Of a stretch of DNA of 64,000 nucleotides, positions 30,898 through 39,672 are shown piece after piece. Position numbers and translations under genes: made by a program. The stretch covers positions 96,001 to 160,000 of the forward strand of contig CAVWUU010000004.1 in NCBI GenBank assembly GCA_963758295.1, given 5' to 3'. Each line of letters opens with the position of its first letter. The first letter of the stretch is position 1. The notes beneath the pieces were generated by a model. The model was given only the letters and a program-made list of their open reading frames with translations. It was not told where the DNA came from and made no database searches. The stretch is from Candidatus Eremiobacteria bacterium (lineage in GTDB: Bacteria > Vulcanimicrobiota > Vulcanimicrobiia > Vulcanimicrobiales > Vulcanimicrobiaceae).

Positions 30898-32031
30898 CGC
30901 CGAACTCAGATCTTCGAGCAGATCGTCCGCGTCTTCGATTCCAACGGAAAGCCGTAGCAGACCGTCGGTTACACCGCGGCGTTCGCGGTCTTCTTTCGGA
31001 ATGGATCCGTGCGTCATGCGCGCGGGATGACAGATCAACGACTCGACGCCGCCCAAGCTTTCCGCCAGGCTGAAGTACTTCAACCGGTTCGCGAAATCGA
31101 GCGCACGCGCTTGCGGCCCTTTTAACACGAACGAGACCATGCCGCCGAAGCCCGACATCTGCCGCTTCGCGAGTTCGTGCTGCGGGTGCGAAGCCAAGCC
31201 GGGATAGTAGACGCGATCCACTTCCGGATGCGCTTCGAGAAACTCTGCAACCGCTTGCGCGTTGGTGGCGTGTTCGCGCATGCGAAGCGCAAGCGTCTTT
31301 GCGCCACGCATCGTGAGCCATGCATCATGCGGTCCCGGCACGCCGCCGACCGCGTTCTGATGAAACTTGATGATGCCGGCCATTTCCGGATCGTTCGTAA
31401 TCGCTACGCCGCCGACGACGTCGCTGTGACCGCCGATGTACTTCGTCGTTGAATGAACGACAATGTCGGCGCCAAGCGAAAGCGGCTGCTGGAAATACGG
31501 CGATGCGAACGTGTTATCGACGACAACGGTCGCGTTCGGGCTGACTCCGCGACGCAGCGCGGACACGGCTTTGATATCGATGAGTTTGAGCAGCGGATTG
31601 GTCGGCGTCTCGATCCAAAACAGTTTCGTGTTGGGACGAATCGCCGCGCGCACGGCATCGATGTCGCTCATGTCGACGTACGTGAATTCTAGCCCGTACC
31701 GCTCTAGCACCCGTGTGAAGAGCCGGTAGGTGCCTCCGTAGAGATCGTCCGTGACGACGGCGTGATCGCCGGCAGAAAGTAGATTCAACACGGCGGCCGT
31801 CGCCGCCATGCCGCTCGCAAAGGCATAACCGTACTCGGCATTTTCAAGCGACGCGAGTTGCTTTTCCAGCGCGAGGCGCGTGGGATTAATCGTGCGGCTG
31901 TAGTCAAAGCCCTTATGTTCGCCGACGGATTCTTGGGTGTACGTCGAGGTCTGGTACACGGGGACGATCGTCGCGCCCGTCGCCGGATCGGCTTCCTGGC
32001 CGACGTGAATAGCCTTGGTCGTGAATTTCAT
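30856..32031 (-). CDS. Cystathionine gamma-lyase/synthase (PLP-dependent)
   Basis: YSRT.NPT, FASGMAA, ETPTNP, DNTF, HSTTKYIGGHSD and SLGGVESL motifs. Confidence 0.93.
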   Translation of the reverse strand: MKFTTKAIHVGQEADPATGATIVPVYQTSTYTQESVGEHKGFDYSRTINPTRLALEKQLASLENAEYGYAFASGMAATAAVLNLLSAGDHAVVTDDLYGGTYRLFTRVLERYGLEFTYVDMSDIDAVRAAIRPNTKLFWIETPTNPLLKLIDIKAVSALRRGVSPNATVVVDNTFASPYFQQPLSLGADIVVHSTTKYIGGHSDVVGGVAITNDPEMAGIIKFHQNAVGGVPGPHDAWLTMRGAKTLALRMREHATNAQAVAEFLEAHPEVDRVYYPGLASHPQHELAKRQMSGFGGMVSFVLKGPQARALDFANRLKYFSLAESLGGVESLICHPARMTHGSIPKEDRERRGVTDGLLRLSVGIEDADDLLEDLSSALLATERVADRAHV

Positions 32032-32046
32032 GAAAGACTTCGCGCC

Positions 32047-33429
32047 TTATCGGGTGGAGAGGAAGCTGATGATGTCTTGACGGGTCAACACGCCGATCGG
32101 TTCGCCGTCGTCGGTCACCACAATCGCGGGATTGGCAAGCGTGAGCAGCTTGTATGCCTTTTCGATTTCGCCGAATTGTTCGAGCGCAGGAAACGGGCGA
32201 TTCATCACGTCGCTGATCGGTTTGTGCAGAATGTCCGACTGATCGAAGACGGCCTGCATAACGCCGACGTCGTTGATGCTGCCGACGACGTCGCTTCCGC
32301 GCATTACGGGGAGCTGAGAAATTTCATACTTCCGCAGAAGATCGAGCGCCGTCTTCACGGTGTCGTCTTCTTTGACCGTAATCAAGCGCGGCAGCGGCGT
32401 CTTGCTGCGCAGCACGTCGCCGACCGTCGCTTTGCGTTTGCCTTCGGAGAGAAAACCGTTCGCAATCATCCAGTCGTCGTTGAAAATCTTTGACATGTAC
32501 CCACGGCCCGAGTCGGGAAAAATGACGACGACTACGGCGTCTTTGGGAAGGGTCTGGGCGAGCTTCGCCGCCGCGACCGCCGCGGTGCCCGACGAGCCGC
32601 CGACGAGCAAACCTTCCTCGCGCGTAATGCGGCGCGCCATGAGGAACGACTCGCGATCCGTCACGCGAACCACTTCGTCGATGACCTTCAGATCGACGGT
32701 TTCCGGCAAGTAATTCATGCCGATGCCTTCAACGGCGTACGAGCGCGGCGTGTCGCCGGAGTAGATCGAACCCTCGGGATCCGCGCCGATCACCGTAACC
32801 GCCGGATTCTTTTCTTTCAGGAATCGCGCCGTGCCCGAGATCGTCCCGCCCGTTCCGATACCGGCAACAAGGTGCGTGATTTTTCCCGACGTCTGCTCCC
32901 AAATTTCGGGACCGGTGGAATGATAGTGTGCGTCGGGATTGTGGTGATTGTGAAACTGGTTCGGCTGGAATGCGCCGGGGATCTCCGAGGCAAGACGATT
33001 GGCGACGCCATAATACGACTCGGCCGAATCGGCCGGCACGTTGCTCGGCGTGACGACGACTTCGGCGCCGTAGGCCTTGAGCAAGTCGATTTTCTCTTTC
33101 GACATCTTGTCGGGCATCACGAGGATGCAACGATAGCCCCGAATAGCCGCCGCCATAGCGAGGCCCGAGCCCGTGTTGCCGCTGGTCGGTTCGACGATCG
33201 TGCCGCCGGGCTTCAAAAGCCCCGCGCGCTCGGCCGCGTCCAGCATCGCAACTGCCGGCCGGTCTTTCACACTTCCGCCCGGATTTACGTATTCAACCTT
33301 TGCAAGCACCAGACACGATGCGCCGTCGGTGACTTTGTTGAGTTTGACGAGCGGGGTATGGCCGATGGCGGCAAGGGCGTTCTCACAGTACGTGATGCCC
33401 GTCGTGGTCTCGGATGCGGTCGTAGACAT
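32047..33429 (-). CDS. Cystathionine beta-synthase with C-terminal CBS domain pair
   Basis: NPGGSVKDR, EPTSGNTG, GTGGT and PDSGRGYMSK motifs, followed by CBS domains. Confidence 0.92.
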   Translation of the reverse strand: MSTTASETTTGITYCENALAAIGHTPLVKLNKVTDGASCLVLAKVEYVNPGGSVKDRPAVAMLDAAERAGLLKPGGTIVEPTSGNTGSGLAMAAAIRGYRCILVMPDKMSKEKIDLLKAYGAEVVVTPSNVPADSAESYYGVANRLASEIPGAFQPNQFHNHHNPDAHYHSTGPEIWEQTSGKITHLVAGIGTGGTISGTARFLKEKNPAVTVIGADPEGSIYSGDTPRSYAVEGIGMNYLPETVDLKVIDEVVRVTDRESFLMARRITREEGLLVGGSSGTAAVAAAKLAQTLPKDAVVVVIFPDSGRGYMSKIFNDDWMIANGFLSEGKRKATVGDVLRSKTPLPRLITVKEDDTVKTALDLLRKYEISQLPVMRGSDVVGSINDVGVMQAVFDQSDILHKPISDVMNRPFPALEQFGEIEKAYKLLTLANPAIVVTDDGEPIGVLTRQDIISFLSTR

Positions 33430-33491
33430 GCCGTTGCGCTTCAGCAAGCGCCGAGGCGTGGCCTCCAGGCTGGAAGAAAGGTATACTAACT

Positions 33492-33842
33492 ATGATGAAG
33501 GTCGCACGTGCCGCCGTTACTCTAATGCTGCTAGCGCTGCCGCTCTCCGGCTGCAATAATGCCGACGAACTGCCGCCTGCAGGATCCTATGCCAGCTTAC
33601 ACGTTGCCGTAGTAGATGCCGTAACGCACAATCCCATCCCGAACGCGACGGTCGTCGTCGATACGGTCCTCACGCAGAAGACCGACACGAACGGCAACGT
33701 TTCGTTCGATAAGGTGCCCAGCGGGATTCTCGACTACGTCGTGAAGGCGCCGGGCTACCCGGACGTCAGCGCAAGTACGAACGCCGATCCGGGCAAGCCG
33801 TTTGTCCTTAACGTCTCGATGTCGCGGCAGACGCCGCCTTAG
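33492..33842 (+). CDS. Lipoprotein with carboxypeptidase-regulatory-like domain
   Basis: Lipobox LSGC; PI.NATV, TDTNG and APGY motifs. Confidence 0.75.
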   Translation: MMKVARAAVTLMLLALPLSGCNNADELPPAGSYASLHVAVVDAVTHNPIPNATVVVDTVLTQKTDTNGNVSFDKVPSGILDYVVKAPGYPDVSASTNADPGKPFVLNVSMSRQTPP

Positions 33843-35172
33843 GACCTTTCGCGTAGGCCCGCGCGGGTTTCACGAACGTCGCGCGTTCCGCCACGGCGCG
33901 GTCGATTACGGAAAGAACGACGTCCGAGAGTTTCTCGGGATCGTGACGTACCGTTTGCGTTTCGCTAATCATCTCGGCGCGCACCGATCGCAAGCCCATC
34001 GCTTCGATGCGCTCGACGTCCGGATCCACGGGCAGTTGCCCCTCTTCGGCGTAGGTGCCGAGCAGCTTCGACGGCGGCTGGTCGTTCACGATGACGTAGT
34101 CACAAACCGGCGCGCCGGCGTTTGCAAAGAGCGACTCGACGTGGTCTGCGGCGCTCATGTTCTCCGTTTCGCCCGGCTGCGTCATGACGTTGCAAACGTA
34201 AATCTTTACGGCATGCGAACGCGCGACTTCGGTCGTGATGAGATCGATCAGGAAGTTCGGCAGAATGGATGTGAAGAGCGATCCCGGACCCAGCACGATA
34301 GCGTCGGCGTCGCGAATGGCGGCGAGCGCTTCGGGTAATGGGTCGACGAGATCGGGATCGAAGAACACGCGCCGGATCGGGCGCTTCGCGAGCGAGATAT
34401 TGGACTCGCCTTCGACGACCGTGCCGTCGTCGAGTTCGGCGCACAGACGTACAACGGAAAGCGTCGCGGGCAGCACGCGGCCGACGATGTTCAAGACGCG
34501 GCTCGACTCTTTGATCGCCTTATCGAAGTTTCCGGTGATGCCCGTCATTGCCGCGAGAAACAAATTGCCGAACGAATGACCGATGAGACCGCTGCCTTCC
34601 TCGAACCGGTAGCGGAAGAGATCGGTTACGAGAGCTTCGTTGTCCGCGAGCGCCACCAAACAGTTCCGAATGTCTCCCGGCGGCAACACGCCGAGTTCTT
34701 TTTGCAGGCGTCCCGACGATCCGCCGTCGTCACTTACGGTAACAATGGCGGTGAGGTTGCTCGTGCGGCGTTTCAAACCGCGCAGGAGTGTCGAAAGTCC
34801 GGTGCCGCCGCCGATGGCGACGATTTTATACCCCTGTTCGAGCCGGCGGTCGAGCAGTGTGTTGAGCAAACCTTGATCGCGGTTTTGTGAGGCGGCCCGC
34901 ACGAGCGCGCGCAGCCACATGCGAATGCCGAAGACAATGGCCAGGACACCAAAAAGTCCGAAGATCCACGTAAGGTAGGCGGGCGAGAAATAGTCGTCGA
35001 CGATGCCGTCGATGATCTCGTTGACATGGAGGCCCATGCCTTCGGCCACGAACCACCGGTCGACGGCGTTCACGAGCAGTATGACGCCCACGAGCGCGAG
35101 CAGCAGCCAGCGCTTGATGCCCAGACCGGGCAACAGCCACTGCAGGGGCGCGATTACACGACGGTTGATCAT
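33808..35172 (-). CDS. yvcK: YvcK/GlmR (UPF0052) gluconeogenesis factor with N-terminal TM segments
   Basis: IGGGTGLS, DDGGSSGRL, PPGDIRNC, GHSFGNL and GPGSLFTS motifs. Confidence 0.92.
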   Translation of the reverse strand: MINRRVIAPLQWLLPGLGIKRWLLLALVGVILLVNAVDRWFVAEGMGLHVNEIIDGIVDDYFSPAYLTWIFGLFGVLAIVFGIRMWLRALVRAASQNRDQGLLNTLLDRRLEQGYKIVAIGGGTGLSTLLRGLKRRTSNLTAIVTVSDDGGSSGRLQKELGVLPPGDIRNCLVALADNEALVTDLFRYRFEEGSGLIGHSFGNLFLAAMTGITGNFDKAIKESSRVLNIVGRVLPATLSVVRLCAELDDGTVVEGESNISLAKRPIRRVFFDPDLVDPLPEALAAIRDADAIVLGPGSLFTSILPNFLIDLITTEVARSHAVKIYVCNVMTQPGETENMSAADHVESLFANAGAPVCDYVIVNDQPPSKLLGTYAEEGQLPVDPDVERIEAMGLRSVRAEMISETQTVRHDPEKLSDVVLSVIDRAVAERATFVKPARAYAKGPKAASAATSRR

Positions 35173-36023
35173 CGAACGAGATCCCGTAATTCAACCGCCA
35201 GCGCGAGTCGCTCGTCGGCGGCAAGCATGTCGAAAATGCGCCGCGTCACGTATACGGAACGATGGCGGCCGCCCGTGCAGCCGATGCCGATGGTCAGTTG
35301 AGCTTTGCCTTCGGCGACATAGCGCGGAAGCAGAAACTGTAGCATGTCGTGCAGCTTCTCGATGAATGGTTCCAGCGACGGATCTTCGTCGATGAATGCA
35401 CGTACTTCCGGATCGTCGCCGGTTTGGCTACGCATGCTGTCGACATAATTCGGATTGCGTAAAAACCGCACGTCGAAGAGGAGATCGACATCGAGCGGTA
35501 CGCCGTTTTTGAAGCCAAAGGCAATGAGCGAAACGCCAAGCGCCGCGCGCGCTCCCGGAGCGAACGTGGCGGCGATGCGCTCCTTGAGCGCGCCGTGAGT
35601 TAGCGTCGTCGTGTCGATAATCATCGATGCTTGTTCGCGCAATGGTGCAAAGGTACGGCGCTCTTCGGCGATCGCTTCCAACAACGATCCGCGCGCCGCC
35701 AACGGATGCCGCCGGCGGGTTTCGCTGAAGCGTCGCACGAGCGATTCGTCACGCGCTTCGAGGAACAGAAGTGACACGGTACGGGTGCGCGCGGCATGCG
35801 CGATGGCAACGAGTGCGTCGCCGAAGAGCGCGCTTCCGTGACTGTCCAGGGTAACGGCAACGTCGTCGATTTTTGCCGCGTCGAGCACGCGCAATGTTTC
35901 ATCGAGTGCCGCCGGAGGTAGGTGTTCAACACAGTAGAAGCCCAAGTCTTCGAAGGTCTTCATCGCCTGACTCTTTCCGGCTCCGGAAAGGCCGGCAACG
36001 AAGACGATCCGAGCCGCGCTCAT
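35169..36023 (-). CDS. rapZ: RNase adapter RapZ/YvcJ P-loop protein
   Basis: GLSGAGKS, RRFSETRRRHP, DVRFL.NP and GCTGGRHRSV motifs. ATG at 36023. Confidence 0.94.
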   Translation of the reverse strand: MSAARIVFVAGLSGAGKSQAMKTFEDLGFYCVEHLPPAALDETLRVLDAAKIDDVAVTLDSHGSALFGDALVAIAHAARTRTVSLLFLEARDESLVRRFSETRRRHPLAARGSLLEAIAEERRTFAPLREQASMIIDTTTLTHGALKERIAATFAPGARAALGVSLIAFGFKNGVPLDVDLLFDVRFLRNPNYVDSMRSQTGDDPEVRAFIDEDPSLEPFIEKLHDMLQFLLPRYVAEGKAQLTIGIGCTGGRHRSVYVTRRIFDMLAADERLALAVELRDLVR

Positions 36024-36050
36024 CGGCGGCAGAGGGAGCGTTGCACGAGC

Positions 36051-36458
36051 ATGAAGTTCTTTTCTCCCGAGCGAGCCAACGCCCTCATTCCTAAAGTGGC
36101 TCCCCTCGTCGATGAGTTGCTGCTTAAACGTCGCGACCTCGCGATCAAGTTGTTGGAAAGTGACCCGGCTTTGCACAGCGGCAATGCACCGCGCACGAGC
36201 CGCCTCGCCGGACTGCGGTCGCCGTTCCCGCCGCCGCGTTTCGGCGAACTGAAGAGCGAGATCGTCCGGTTGATCCACCGCATCGAGTCATTTGGATGCA
36301 TTGTTAAAGATATCGACCTCGGCACCGTCGATTTCCCCTCTACCCATGAAGGCGAGCCCATGTATCTCTGCTGGAAAGCCGGCGAAGATCGCGTGACGCA
36401 CTGGCATGGAATAGAAGAAGGCTTCGCGCAACGGCGCGAGCTCGAAGTCGAAAGCTAA
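36051..36458 (+). CDS. DUF2203 family protein
   Basis: F..E.AN.L.P, VKD...G.VDFP, YLCWK.GE and WH..EEGF..RR motifs. Confidence 0.85.
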   Translation: MKFFSPERANALIPKVAPLVDELLLKRRDLAIKLLESDPALHSGNAPRTSRLAGLRSPFPPPRFGELKSEIVRLIHRIESFGCIVKDIDLGTVDFPSTHEGEPMYLCWKAGEDRVTHWHGIEEGFAQRRELEVES

Positions 36459-36460
36459 CG

Positions 36461-36491
36461 AAAAGAGCGCCCCGCCTCGCGGAGCGCTCTT
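36461..36491. terminator. Bidirectional terminator between convergent genes
   Basis: AAGAGCGC..CCGC/GCGG..GCGCTCTT hairpin. Confidence 0.65.
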
Positions 36492-36511
36492 CGCATTATC
36501 CTCCTCGGGGA

Positions 36512-36913
36512 CTAACGCGTTGCCGCGGCCTCGACCGGCACGAAATCTTCGGCCAAGCCCTGAAGACGCACTTCGCCGAACTCGGCGGTGTACGCACCGG
36601 CTTCGGCGCCCGTGATTTCGCCGATCTCCGGGACGTTCGTGAGCTGCGGAATCTTCGCGCGAATTTCATCCGGGATGCGCACCTTATCGCCGACCGAAAG
36701 CGTCCCAGAGTCGAAGAGCGCGTTCAGGCTTTCGAGCAGCATCGGCAGCGGTATTCCGTAATCTTCGCTGACCGCGCCGATGGTATGCGATTCGCTGATC
36801 GCACAGTTCGAGCAGCCGCCCAAATGGAATCGGGCAAACACGCGGCGCGCGCCGGCATGCAGCTGGAACGCCTGGTCGACGGTCATATCGGGGGTAAAAT
36901 GTTGTTCGCTCAC
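36512..36913 (-). CDS. DUF1858-like (CxxC) domain protein with an extra SH3/KOW-like C-terminal domain
   Basis: DMTV...F.LH.GA..VF..FHLGGCSNC....HTI......YGI....LL..LN, then VGDKVRI. Confidence 0.7.
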   Translation of the reverse strand: MSEQHFTPDMTVDQAFQLHAGARRVFARFHLGGCSNCAISESHTIGAVSEDYGIPLPMLLESLNALFDSGTLSVGDKVRIPDEIRAKIPQLTNVPEIGEITGAEAGAYTAEFGEVRLQGLAEDFVPVEAAATR

Positions 36914-37035
36914 GGTGGTTTTCTTCGGCTCCTTGTACCTTGATCATTGGCTAAACCCGCCTCCCGTCCCCGCGAGTTGCACTCAGCCAAGCAGGCATGG
37001 CTTCCGGCAGAGCCGGCGCCCGAAGGGAACACTCA

Positions 37036-37433
37036 GCGAAGTACGCCTGTAAGCCGGATTCTGTACGCACGTCCCAGGGCTCGCGCCCCGGTGCCGCTTG
37101 TGGCGATCATCTATCTGGGATGCGCGTCACCGCGCACCTCGATGCGACGTAGCTCGTGGGAGTGGGCCACCCCGTACAATCGAGCGGTCTTGCTTCAGGT
37201 GGGGTTTACCCGAGCGCGCGTCACCGCGACGCTCCGTGAGCTCTTACCTCACGATTTCACCCTTACTTGGCCCGGACCGAGGTCCTAGCCGAGCGGTATG
37301 TTTCTGTGGCACTTTCCTTCGAGTCGCCCCGACAGGACGTTATCCTGCACCTTGCCCGATGAAGCCCGGACTTTCCTCACCCGGCACCGGCGGAAAACCC
37401 GACGGCCCGGCGCGATCGCCCAGCGTACTTCGC
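37036..37433 (-). ncRNA. rnpB: RNase P RNA (type A)
   Basis: Reverse complement contains GAGGAAAGTCCGGGC, AGTGCCACAGAAA, GGGTGAAA, GGTAAACCCC and ACAGAATCCGGCTTA; the termini pair (GCGAAGTACGC/GCGTACTTCGC). Confidence 0.97.
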
Positions 37434-37479
37434 CCGCGTAGTATATCACGCGGGCGAAGATGGTCTGGAGCGGTGTTCC

Positions 37480-38340
37480 CTATTGCCCGTTCGCGTCGAA
37501 GATGCCGACGAAGCCGGCCATCGAGCTCGACGTCATGCCGTTGGGGTACGGTCCGGCCGCCGGTTGGGACGATGCCGCGGGACCGTCGATCAGGTAGAGG
37601 GACAAATTGCCGCTGTTACACGGATATTTGTTCGTGGCGCATCCCGTTGCGTCGATGGCGGAGGGCAGAATGGTATAGCCGCCGCTCGTCGCCGACACCG
37701 CATAGAAGCCGATCGAAGCCGATGCCGCTGCGTTTGTCGGAAGCGCTTGCGGGCCCGTTACGCCGCCAACGGGCTGCGAATTGCCGAGTTGTTGATTCGT
37801 CGTCGGCGACGTCGCGACGAACCATCCGAAATTCACGCTCGGTTGCGTGCCGGCAATTGCCGACGCCGCGTTGTGAAAGTTCACGTTGCCGTTGGTTGCC
37901 GAAGCGTAGGCCGTGTCGTTGAATTTCAGCAAATTCAAGGTGTCGCCGGAATTGACCGGATGCTGCGAACCTGAAATTACCAGCGAAGTATACGTTCCGC
38001 CGTTCGCGGCGACGCTCTGATTCGAAAAGGAGGCGACGGGCGTCGACGTTCCCGCGACGTCGATTGTCAGCGTGTGCGTTCCCGTTGCCGAAAGTGATTG
38101 ATATGCCGTTATTCCGCCGTAGGCGAGCGGCGATGTGTTGACTTTGTTGCCGTCGACGATGACGTCGACGGCGCCGGTGTCCGGCGAACCGTTTACGAAG
38201 CGAATAAAGCCGTTGTTTGTTCCAAAACCCGGAACGGAGCTGCTGCTGCCGCCGCACCCGGTTAGCGTTGCGCCGAGAATACCTGCGAGCGCAATCAAAC
38301 CGAGGCGCGCCTGAGCCCAGCGCGATGTGTAACCGTTCAT
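37480..38340 (-). CDS. DUF4397 domain lipoprotein
   Basis: Lipobox LTGC; IRFVNGSPD...VDV.VDG and V.FHNAA motifs. Confidence 0.8.
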   Translation of the reverse strand: MNGYTSRWAQARLGLIALAGILGATLTGCGGSSSSVPGFGTNNGFIRFVNGSPDTGAVDVIVDGNKVNTSPLAYGGITAYQSLSATGTHTLTIDVAGTSTPVASFSNQSVAANGGTYTSLVISGSQHPVNSGDTLNLLKFNDTAYASATNGNVNFHNAASAIAGTQPSVNFGWFVATSPTTNQQLGNSQPVGGVTGPQALPTNAAASASIGFYAVSATSGGYTILPSAIDATGCATNKYPCNSGNLSLYLIDGPAASSQPAAGPYPNGMTSSSMAGFVGIFDANGQ

Positions 38341-38511
38341 AAAACTCCCTTTGGTATGAATTGCCGTCGATGCAAATCGCTGAAGGGGTTACCACGACCG
38401 CATGCGGCCTCAAACGAATTTGCGTGCCCTTCGGCCAAGCGCGCGAAAGGAGTTGCGACGGACGGCGTGAATAGGGGCGGGTCGCCGCGGGACACCCCGG
38501 CGCATCGCCAT

Positions 38512-38587
38512 GGGGGCATAGCTCAGCTGGTAGAGCATCACGCTGGCAGCGTGAGGGTCAGGAGTTCGAGTCTCCTTGCCTCCACCA
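38512..38587 (+). tRNA. tRNA-Ala(GGC)
   Basis: GGGGGCA/TGCCTCC acceptor stem with G3:U70, GGC anticodon, encoded CCA. Confidence 0.95.
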
Positions 38588-38588
38588 T

Positions 38589-38661
38589 GGGGATGTAGCT
38601 CAGTTGGTAGAGCGCCTGCTTTGCAAGCAGGATGTCGCAGGTTCGATTCCTGTCATCTCCA
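38589..38661 (+). tRNA. tRNA-Ala(TGC)
   Basis: GGGGATG/CATCTCC acceptor stem with G3:U70, TGC anticodon. Confidence 0.95.
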
Positions 38662-38667
38662 GAAATT

Positions 38668-38703
38668 AAAAGAAGCCTTGTCCGTTTGGACGAGGCTTTC
38701 TTT
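38668..38703 (+). terminator. Terminator after the tRNA-Ala pair
   Basis: AAGCCTTGTCC/GGACGAGGCTT stem followed by TCTTT. Confidence 0.7.
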
Positions 38704-38804
38704 ATGCATTAGTAGCGCTCGCGCAACACACGTTAATCGGTCTTTAGATTTTCTGGCACGGTTCTGTCACAATTGCGCCTTGTTCGTGAACGGGCGGCCG
38801 AGCG

Positions 38805-39620
38805 ATGATCGAGTTGCGGAGAATTGCAACTATGATTTCGCAATTGATGGCCGGCATTGCGGCTGCCGCGATCGGCACGTCGAATGCACAGGCAAATAAC
38901 GGTGCTTGTTGGCAGATGATCGGAAGCGCCGTTAAACGCAGCGCGCAAGCCGTACTTCCGAAGTTCATAAGTTACTCGGAACGCACCGAATTCTCGCTCA
39001 ATGGCAAACCCGCCAACACTTACAACTCGCAAATCACCTATCGTGACGACGGAATGGCGTACATCAACGATGATCGTTGGACGTACCCCATGGTTAGCGA
39101 GTCGATCGAGCCCGGTCCACCGGCACTCGGGCCGTACGGCGATAATCGAGCGGCGTGGCTTTCTACGGAAAGCGATGGCTCCTCGAACCTTCCCGTCATC
39201 GCGCACGTGTACGCGCATCGTACGCGCTCTTGCCGCGACGCTGGGCCGGCAACGATCGACAACCGGCTCGTCGAGCATCTAATCGTCGACGCGGAGAATC
39301 CGTCGGATGCCGGGTTGCGCGAAATCTGGATCGATCCGCAACTGGACATCGCGCGTTTGATCCTCCGCGCTCCTATGACGATGCTCGTACGCAATGCGCC
39401 GGTGCAAGATTTCGCAAATTTCCAAGTCGACGTGGAATTTGTCGATGGGCATGCGGTGGTGCGTCAAGTTTCGTGGGCCTATCACCAAAAGCACGACGGC
39501 GATTACGAGGATCTTGCGGGCAATTATGAATTCATGAATTACAGCTTTAGCCAGAGCGAGCCCCCCGGAACCTTTAGCGCCGTTACGGCATCAAACGGGT
39601 CGAACCGGTCTACCCGGTAG
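38805..39620 (+). CDS. Secreted hypothetical protein, tandem paralog A (start may be further downstream)
   Basis: Signal peptide; shares CWQ.I, YRDDG.AY, EPGPP.LGPY, LPVIAHV and GLR.IWIDPQ with the next gene. Confidence 0.75.
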   Translation: MIELRRIATMISQLMAGIAAAAIGTSNAQANNGACWQMIGSAVKRSAQAVLPKFISYSERTEFSLNGKPANTYNSQITYRDDGMAYINDDRWTYPMVSESIEPGPPALGPYGDNRAAWLSTESDGSSNLPVIAHVYAHRTRSCRDAGPATIDNRLVEHLIVDAENPSDAGLREIWIDPQLDIARLILRAPMTMLVRNAPVQDFANFQVDVEFVDGHAVVRQVSWAYHQKHDGDYEDLAGNYEFMNYSFSQSEPPGTFSAVTASNGSNRSTR

Positions 39621-39672
39621 ACTATTGCAATAGTGTCGCTGCCGCGGGAGAATCAAATTCCGGAGGCAGATT

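Noticed and set aside
36980..37041. CACTCAGCCAAG / CACTCAGCGAAG repeat at the rnpB 3' end
   Set aside because: It is only 12 nt with a mismatch, too short to distinguish from chance.
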